From: Thermovirgaceae bacterium
GTDB lineage: Bacteria; Synergistota; Synergistia; Synergistales; Thermovirgaceae
NCBI GenBank assembly: GCA_040767805.1
Contig: JAXGNU010000001.1
Coordinates: 192,001-256,000, forward strand
Reading direction: 5' to 3'
DNA length: 64,000 nucleotides
Shown here: positions 59,045 to 64,000 of the stretch, in pieces
How the letters are laid out: the number at the start of each line of letters is the position of its first letter
How positions within the stretch are numbered: the first letter of the stretch is position 1
Made by a program: the position numbers and the translations under genes
Notes under the pieces: generated by a model
What the model was told of the DNA's origin: nothing
Seen by the model: only the letters and a program-made list of their open reading frames with translations
The model's database searches: none

Positions 59045-59719
59045 GTGAAAAATTACTATTCCGGCAAGTTGAACGCCGCCCTGCTGATGGAAGTTTACCG
59101 GACGGACCTGGAGAGAGTAAGGCAATACCTTCAGGCCGAGATATCCTACGTCGCCAGGTACCTCACCGGCACCGAAAGGGTACTGGAACTGGGAGCGGGG
59201 TACGGGAGGATAATGAAGGCGATCGCGCCCTTCGCCGCTTCCGTTCTCGGGCTGGATATCTCCATGGATTCGGTCCTCTTCGGGAGGGAGTACCTCAAAG
59301 ACGTCCCAAACTGCAGGCTCGAGACCGCCGACGCTCATCTCATCGAGTACCGGTCGGAATTCGAGATGGTCCTCTGCCTTCAGAACGGCCTCTCGGCGAT
59401 GAAAGGCGACCCCCTGAACCTGGTGATCCGGGGTGTGAGGGCCCTGGTCAAGGGCGGAAAAGCCTTTTTCAGCACCTACAGCGAAAAATTCTGGGGCCCC
59501 AGGGTGGAATGGTTTGAAGAGCAGGCAGCCAAGGGGCTACTGGGAGAAATCGACCGGGAAAGGACCAAGGATGGCAAGATCGTCTGCCGGGACGGCTTCA
59601 CCGCCACGACCTTCTCGAGGGACGACCTGGACCGGATGGGCCGGGCCGCCGGCCTTCCCTACGTGATCGAGGAGGTCGATGAGTCCAGCCTTTTCCTGGT
59701 CATCGATCGAAGAGAGTAG
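59045..59719 (+). CDS. Class I SAM-dependent methyltransferase
   Basis: VLELGAGYGR, GLDIS. Confidence 0.82.
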   Translation: MKNYYSGKLNAALLMEVYRTDLERVRQYLQAEISYVARYLTGTERVLELGAGYGRIMKAIAPFAASVLGLDISMDSVLFGREYLKDVPNCRLETADAHLIEYRSEFEMVLCLQNGLSAMKGDPLNLVIRGVRALVKGGKAFFSTYSEKFWGPRVEWFEEQAAKGLLGEIDRERTKDGKIVCRDGFTATTFSRDDLDRMGRAAGLPYVIEEVDESSLFLVIDRRE

Positions 59720-59752
59720 TTTACTTGTGAGCAGGGGCGCACGGCGAGGCCT

Positions 59753-60787
59753 CTACTCCACTTTGAATATCCACCCCTCCGGGGCCTCGATGTCGCCGAA
59801 CTGGATCCCCGTGAGCGTATCGTACAACTTCCTGGTCACCGGCCCGACCTCGGTCTCGCTGTAGAAGACATGGAGCCTGCCCCTGTACTCGATCCCTCCG
59901 ATGGGCGTGATCACGGCGGCCGTCCCGCAAGCCCCGGCCTCCGAGAGTTCGTCAAGCCTGTCGATATATACATCTCTCTCCTCGGCCACTATGCCGAGAT
60001 ACCCCCTCGCCACCTCCAGGAGGGCCTTCCTGGTGACGCTTGGGAGGATCGACGGCGAACAGGGGGTGATGAACCTGCCATCCCTGGTGATGCCGAAGAA
60101 GTTGGCCGCCCCTACTTCCTCGATCTTGGTATGGGTGGCCGGGTCCAGGTAAACGCAATCGGCGAAACCCCTCCGCTTCGCCAGTTCATGGGGCAACAGG
60201 CTGGCGGCATAGTTGCCGCCCACCTTCGCGGCTCCGGTACCAAAGGAGGCTGCCCTGTCGTACCCCGAAACGGTGAAATTCACAGGCGTAAGACCGCCCT
60301 TGAAGTAAGCGCCCACGGGCGTGCAGAAGACGCTGAAGATGTACTCCGGGGCCGGGGAGACGCCGATGAGGTCGCCCACGCCTATGACAAAGGGCCTGAG
60401 GTAAAGGGTGCCGCCCGTGCCGTAGGGCGGGACATAGGCATCGTTGGCCTTCACGACCCGCAGGCAGGCGTCAATAAACTTCTCAACCGGCACCGGGGGC
60501 ATGATGCACCTGCGACAGCTGTCCTGCATCCTCTTCGCGTTCTGGTCCACCCTGAAAAGCTGGATCTTCCCAGACTGCGTCCTATAGGCCTTGAGCCCCT
60601 CGAAGCAGCCCTGCCCATAATGGAAAATACTTGAAGCCTCGCTTATGCAGATCTGGTTGTCCTCCACCATCCGCCCCTCGTCCCAGCCACCGTCCTTCCA
60701 TTTGGAAAGGTAACGGAAGTCCGTCTTCATGTACCGGAACCCCAGGTTTTTCCAATCGATGTCCACCGGCTCACTCATCTTCTTCAC
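59753..60787 (-). CDS. ilvE: Branched-chain amino acid aminotransferase
   Basis: DWKNLGF, HYGQGCFEGLKAY, YLRPF, KVGGNY, EEVGAAN, GTAAVITP. Confidence 0.93.
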   Translation of the reverse strand: MKKMSEPVDIDWKNLGFRYMKTDFRYLSKWKDGGWDEGRMVEDNQICISEASSIFHYGQGCFEGLKAYRTQSGKIQLFRVDQNAKRMQDSCRRCIMPPVPVEKFIDACLRVVKANDAYVPPYGTGGTLYLRPFVIGVGDLIGVSPAPEYIFSVFCTPVGAYFKGGLTPVNFTVSGYDRAASFGTGAAKVGGNYAASLLPHELAKRRGFADCVYLDPATHTKIEEVGAANFFGITRDGRFITPCSPSILPSVTRKALLEVARGYLGIVAEERDVYIDRLDELSEAGACGTAAVITPIGGIEYRGRLHVFYSETEVGPVTRKLYDTLTGIQFGDIEAPEGWIFKVE

Positions 60788-61296
60788 CCCCAGCTACGAT
60801 GGGTAACCCCGGATCTTCACCTTTTCTTCCGGACGCTCGGGATAGGATCGATGTGCGCCCCCGGGTGATAGACCTGCAACCCCGGTTCCGCCTGGGAAGG
60901 CACCGAGGGGGCCTACTCCCTTCTCCGCAGGCATGTCGCTTTTATGGATGAGGATAGGGCTTTCCCCAAGGACCAGGACACATCTTCGAATCTCATTAAA
61001 ATGGATCCCTTCTTGACAGGGTTGAAGGGCGAGAGACAGGCCTGAAATAACCGGGGCCTCCCTCTTCCATGCTACCCGCGGGTGTCGGGCTCCCGGCCGC
61101 TTCAACTCAAACGTAACCTCACCCCTCGGACTCCATCCGATACAACGCTCCGGAGTACTTGGGTTGTGCATGTACCCCCTTTCGGGCTAGCGGGCAACGC
61201 TTCTTCAGCCCGGGAGACCCGGGGTGCCATCGCTCCTATTTTGAGGACACCCTTTCCTAATATTTCCACCCACCGACGGCCGTCGCGCCTTTTGTT

Positions 61297-61719
61297 CTAA
61301 AGGCCCTGGTCCTGCAGGTAGGCTCTCTCCCTGGCCCCGTCCATGAGCAGGGCCCAGTCGACCACGGCCCTGGTGTGTTTCCCCGTGGCGACGGTACCCA
61401 TGTGGTCCCATGCCAGCAGGTCGTAGTTTATCTTGTTGCGGTCGATGTCCCGAAGGGTGGCCTTGAAGTTGACCGTCGTGCCTATATAGGAAGGGACCTC
61501 GTGGGAGATCTCGATGCTCTGCCCCACGGTGATGTACCCTTCCGGAAGATATTTGTCGGTAGCCTCGATAGCCGCCCTTATGAAGGCCTTCACGCAGGCC
61601 GAGGTGGCCAGAAGCTGGTCGAGTTTGGGTGAAAAATTGCCGACCGCTTCCTCGCTGGTCACAGTCAACTTGAACTCATGGGAATACCCCGGGGCGAGGT
61701 AGTCCTTCAGATCGATCAT
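61297..61719 (-). CDS. Hotdog-fold thioesterase (FlK-like)
   Basis: LLATS, LPEGYITVG, ISH, GKHTRAVV. Confidence 0.7.
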   Translation of the reverse strand: MIDLKDYLAPGYSHEFKLTVTSEEAVGNFSPKLDQLLATSACVKAFIRAAIEATDKYLPEGYITVGQSIEISHEVPSYIGTTVNFKATLRDIDRNKINYDLLAWDHMGTVATGKHTRAVVDWALLMDGARERAYLQDQGL

Positions 61720-61748
61720 GACACCTCCTCCTTCCGGTCTTACAGTGG

Positions 61749-62204
61749 CTACCCGGATTTATTTTTTTCCCTGTGAACGTAGACACTACAGGGGGAATGG
61801 GCGACGACCTTCGCCGCCACGCTTCCCAGGAAAAACCTCTCCAGGTTGCTAAGCCCCCGGTGCCCGATCATTATCATGGAGGCGTCCATCTTTTCCGCGA
61901 AGGATACGATCTCGTTGTAGGGATTTCCGAAGAGCACATTGATGGACATCCTTTCCGGCCCGGGCATGCCAGAGGACCGCACTTTTTCCTGGACCCACTT
62001 ACCCAATTCTTTTTCGGCCTCTTCTTCCGAGGGAGGAACCGACACGGAACGTCCGCCGACGGATACCTCGCGGTAGTCTTCCCAATTGACCACGTGGAGG
62101 AACAGCAGCTCGGCGTCCTTTTCCCTTTGGGCATAGTGGAGAGCGTAATCGATGACCTCCTTGCTGACATCGCTCCCGTCTACCGCTACCACTACCTTCT
62201 TCAT
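61749..62204 (-). CDS. Universal stress protein
   Basis: VVAVDGS, GHRG, LGSVAAKV...PCSV. Confidence 0.92.
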   Translation of the reverse strand: MKKVVVAVDGSDVSKEVIDYALHYAQREKDAELLFLHVVNWEDYREVSVGGRSVSVPPSEEEAEKELGKWVQEKVRSSGMPGPERMSINVLFGNPYNEIVSFAEKMDASMIMIGHRGLSNLERFFLGSVAAKVVAHSPCSVYVHREKNKSG

Positions 62205-62347
62205 AGGGATCACCCCTTCTCCCGCTGGACTCGCGCCGTTTCACGGGCCGGCATCGGAGTAGCGCCGGATCGCGTTTTTATTCTACCGCTTTACCCGGCA
62301 ATCTTGTAGGTGGCCCCGGGCAACGCTCCGGATGAACCTGTTCGATC

Positions 62348-62665
62348 CTAGGCAAAAAGGAAGGAAAAGGCCCAGAGCAGGATCATGCCGGTCGCGATGG
62401 TGATTAAAATATTCTTGGTCCTTAGCGCGACGGCGAAGGCCGCCAGCCCCGCGGCCAATCTTGCCGGTGAAATATCGAGCCCCGCGGGGTTCCCGGCGTA
62501 GAGGACCGAGGGCGCGATGAGCGCCGCGAGAACGGCCGGGGGGATATACCGGAAAGACCTCTCGAGGAAAGGAGGTATCTTCCGGTTGGGCACGAAGCAC
62601 AGGAACAGCCCCTTGATGACCAGCAGCGCTACAGCGAGTACGCCGAAAAGGAGATAGAACCTCAT
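62348..62665 (-). CDS. azlD: AzlD-domain protein
   Basis: RYIPPAVLAAL; coupled to azlC. Confidence 0.85.
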   Translation of the reverse strand: MRFYLLFGVLAVALLVIKGLFLCFVPNRKIPPFLERSFRYIPPAVLAALIAPSVLYAGNPAGLDISPARLAAGLAAFAVALRTKNILITIATGMILLWAFSFLFA

Positions 62666-63384
62666 GGGCGTTCCCCCCCGCTTACGGTTGTCCTTAAAAA
62701 CTCCCCGGCGGCCATCCCTGACCCAATGCCAATGAGGATCGCCACCAAAAGGCCCGACTGGAGGGGAAGTCGCGGGACCAGCACCACCGAAGCCGCTATG
62801 CCCGCCAGGACGGAAACCTGCCTGTCCTTGCCGCCCAGGTGAGGTACGAGCAAGAACATGAATGCCAAGGGTATGACGAAATCAAGGGAAAGTCCTGCCG
62901 GGATCATGGCTTCCAGGACAAAACCCAGGAAAACTCCCGCCAACCAGACCACGAAGATCGCAAGCGATGAGCCGAACAGGAAAGCCGGGAGAGACGGGTT
63001 GTCGGGGTTGGTCTCCAGTTCGGTCATGGAGGCCACGAAAGACTGGTCCGACAACAAGAAGGCCGCCAGGAGGCGTTCGATGTATGACCTCTCTTCAAGG
63101 ACGGGGTGGAGTGAAAGGCTATACATGGAGTACCTGAGGTTCACGACCATGGCGGTAAGAAGCACGATGGCGGCAGAGGCCCCGGCGCCGTAAAGCTGGA
63201 CCGCCGCCAGCTGGGCTGTACCGGCGAGCATCGAGAGAGAGAAGAACGTCCCCTGGGCTGCATCCAGCCCCGCCTCCCTTGCGGCCACCCCTACCACCAT
63301 GGCGAAGGGCACTATGCCGAGGAACAGGGGCACCGAGTTCCGCGCCCCTCTCAAGAATTCCCGTCTTGAATCAGTCATTTTCAT
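62662..63384 (-). CDS. azlC: AzlC-family branched-chain amino acid exporter
   Basis: AGTAQL, VNLRY, LSDQSF, LDF. Confidence 0.88.
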   Translation of the reverse strand: MKMTDSRREFLRGARNSVPLFLGIVPFAMVVGVAAREAGLDAAQGTFFSLSMLAGTAQLAAVQLYGAGASAAIVLLTAMVVNLRYSMYSLSLHPVLEERSYIERLLAAFLLSDQSFVASMTELETNPDNPSLPAFLFGSSLAIFVVWLAGVFLGFVLEAMIPAGLSLDFVIPLAFMFLLVPHLGGKDRQVSVLAGIAASVVLVPRLPLQSGLLVAILIGIGSGMAAGEFLRTTVSGGERP

Positions 63385-63781
63385 CTCCCCAGACTTTTCT
63401 TTGGAAGCGCTCTTCCCGGAAGTGCAGCGGCCTGTCCCGAATCCCCGAGACATTATAAGCGACGTGCCAAGGATTTCCAGAGAAGCCGAATCACGGCGGG
63501 ACCGTCCGGTTGGATCATTAATAGCCATGGCTCATCTCACAGGTTGCGAGTACTGAGAGAACTTCCGGTCCCTCTTTTGAGCGGCGGGGTTGTAGGGGCA
63601 GACAGGATCGGTCCGTCCATGTATCGGAGCTCGCGGTGATGAAGACCTCCCTGGAGGATAACGGACGTCCCTTGTGATCACGCAACCAGCCTGTCCCTTG
63701 CCCTTCCTGAGTGCTTTTCTTTCACACCTGTCGGTAGGGGATAATCATCAACAAAAGGCCTTATCATGCTATCCTTTTGAT

Positions 63782-63976
63782 ATGAGCGAAAGACCCTTTG
63801 TACTGGATGTCAACAGCGAACTCAGGAAAAGAGCGGCGGAACTGGCATGCCTGCCGGACACACCCGAGGTGAGGCGCGACTGGCTCCTCATCGCTGATGA
63901 GGCCTCATCGATCGGTGATTGGCTGCTCAGCGAATACGCCTATAAAAAAGGCCTGGGGTTGCAGGTGCTCTGGTGA
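63782..63976 (+). CDS. Small hypothetical protein
   Basis: 64-aa helical-looking ORF after an AT-rich stretch; no family recognised. Confidence 0.45.
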   Translation: MSERPFVLDVNSELRKRAAELACLPDTPEVRRDWLLIADEASSIGDWLLSEYAYKKGLGLQVLW

Positions 63977-64000
63977 GGCCCACGCAAAGTGGTAACCTTG

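Noticed and set aside
1..64000. Many long alternative-frame and antisense ORFs (e.g. 7015-8607, 21961-23493, 28376-29692, 35848-37026)
   Set aside because: They are shadow ORFs typical of high-GC DNA, overlap well-supported genes and have no family motifs.

Overview
High-GC (about 65% by eye) bacterial chromosomal window. Gene content suggests an amino-acid-fermenting anaerobe, possibly Synergistota (inference). From left to right it holds: a type IV pilus cluster (pilB-pilT-pilC-pilA-pilMNOP, minus strand) with an IS1595 inserted just behind the pilin; a DEDDh exonuclease-WYL fusion; tRNA-Arg(ACG) and tRNA-Ser(GCT) with a second, frameshifted IS beside their promoter; a SurA/PrsA-like foldase, polA and gltX; and a complete 14-gene Mrp-linked membrane-bound [NiFe] hydrogenase (Mbh, group 4d-like) operon with a ferredoxin-fused MbhN and an appended asparaginase. 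Next come umuC followed by a short, apparently catalytically dead UmuD; aminotransferases; an IclR-linked amidohydrolase/transporter cluster; a decayed LysR; two LIV-type ABC transporters; ilvE and azlCD. No CRISPR array, rRNA or prophage was seen. The best novelty candidates are the umuC plus pseudo-protease UmuD module, the Mbh with tethered ferredoxin and asparaginase, the exonuclease-WYL fusion, two structured 5' leaders and an orphan IS200/IS605-like right end. All calls rest on motif recognition by eye; no searches were run.
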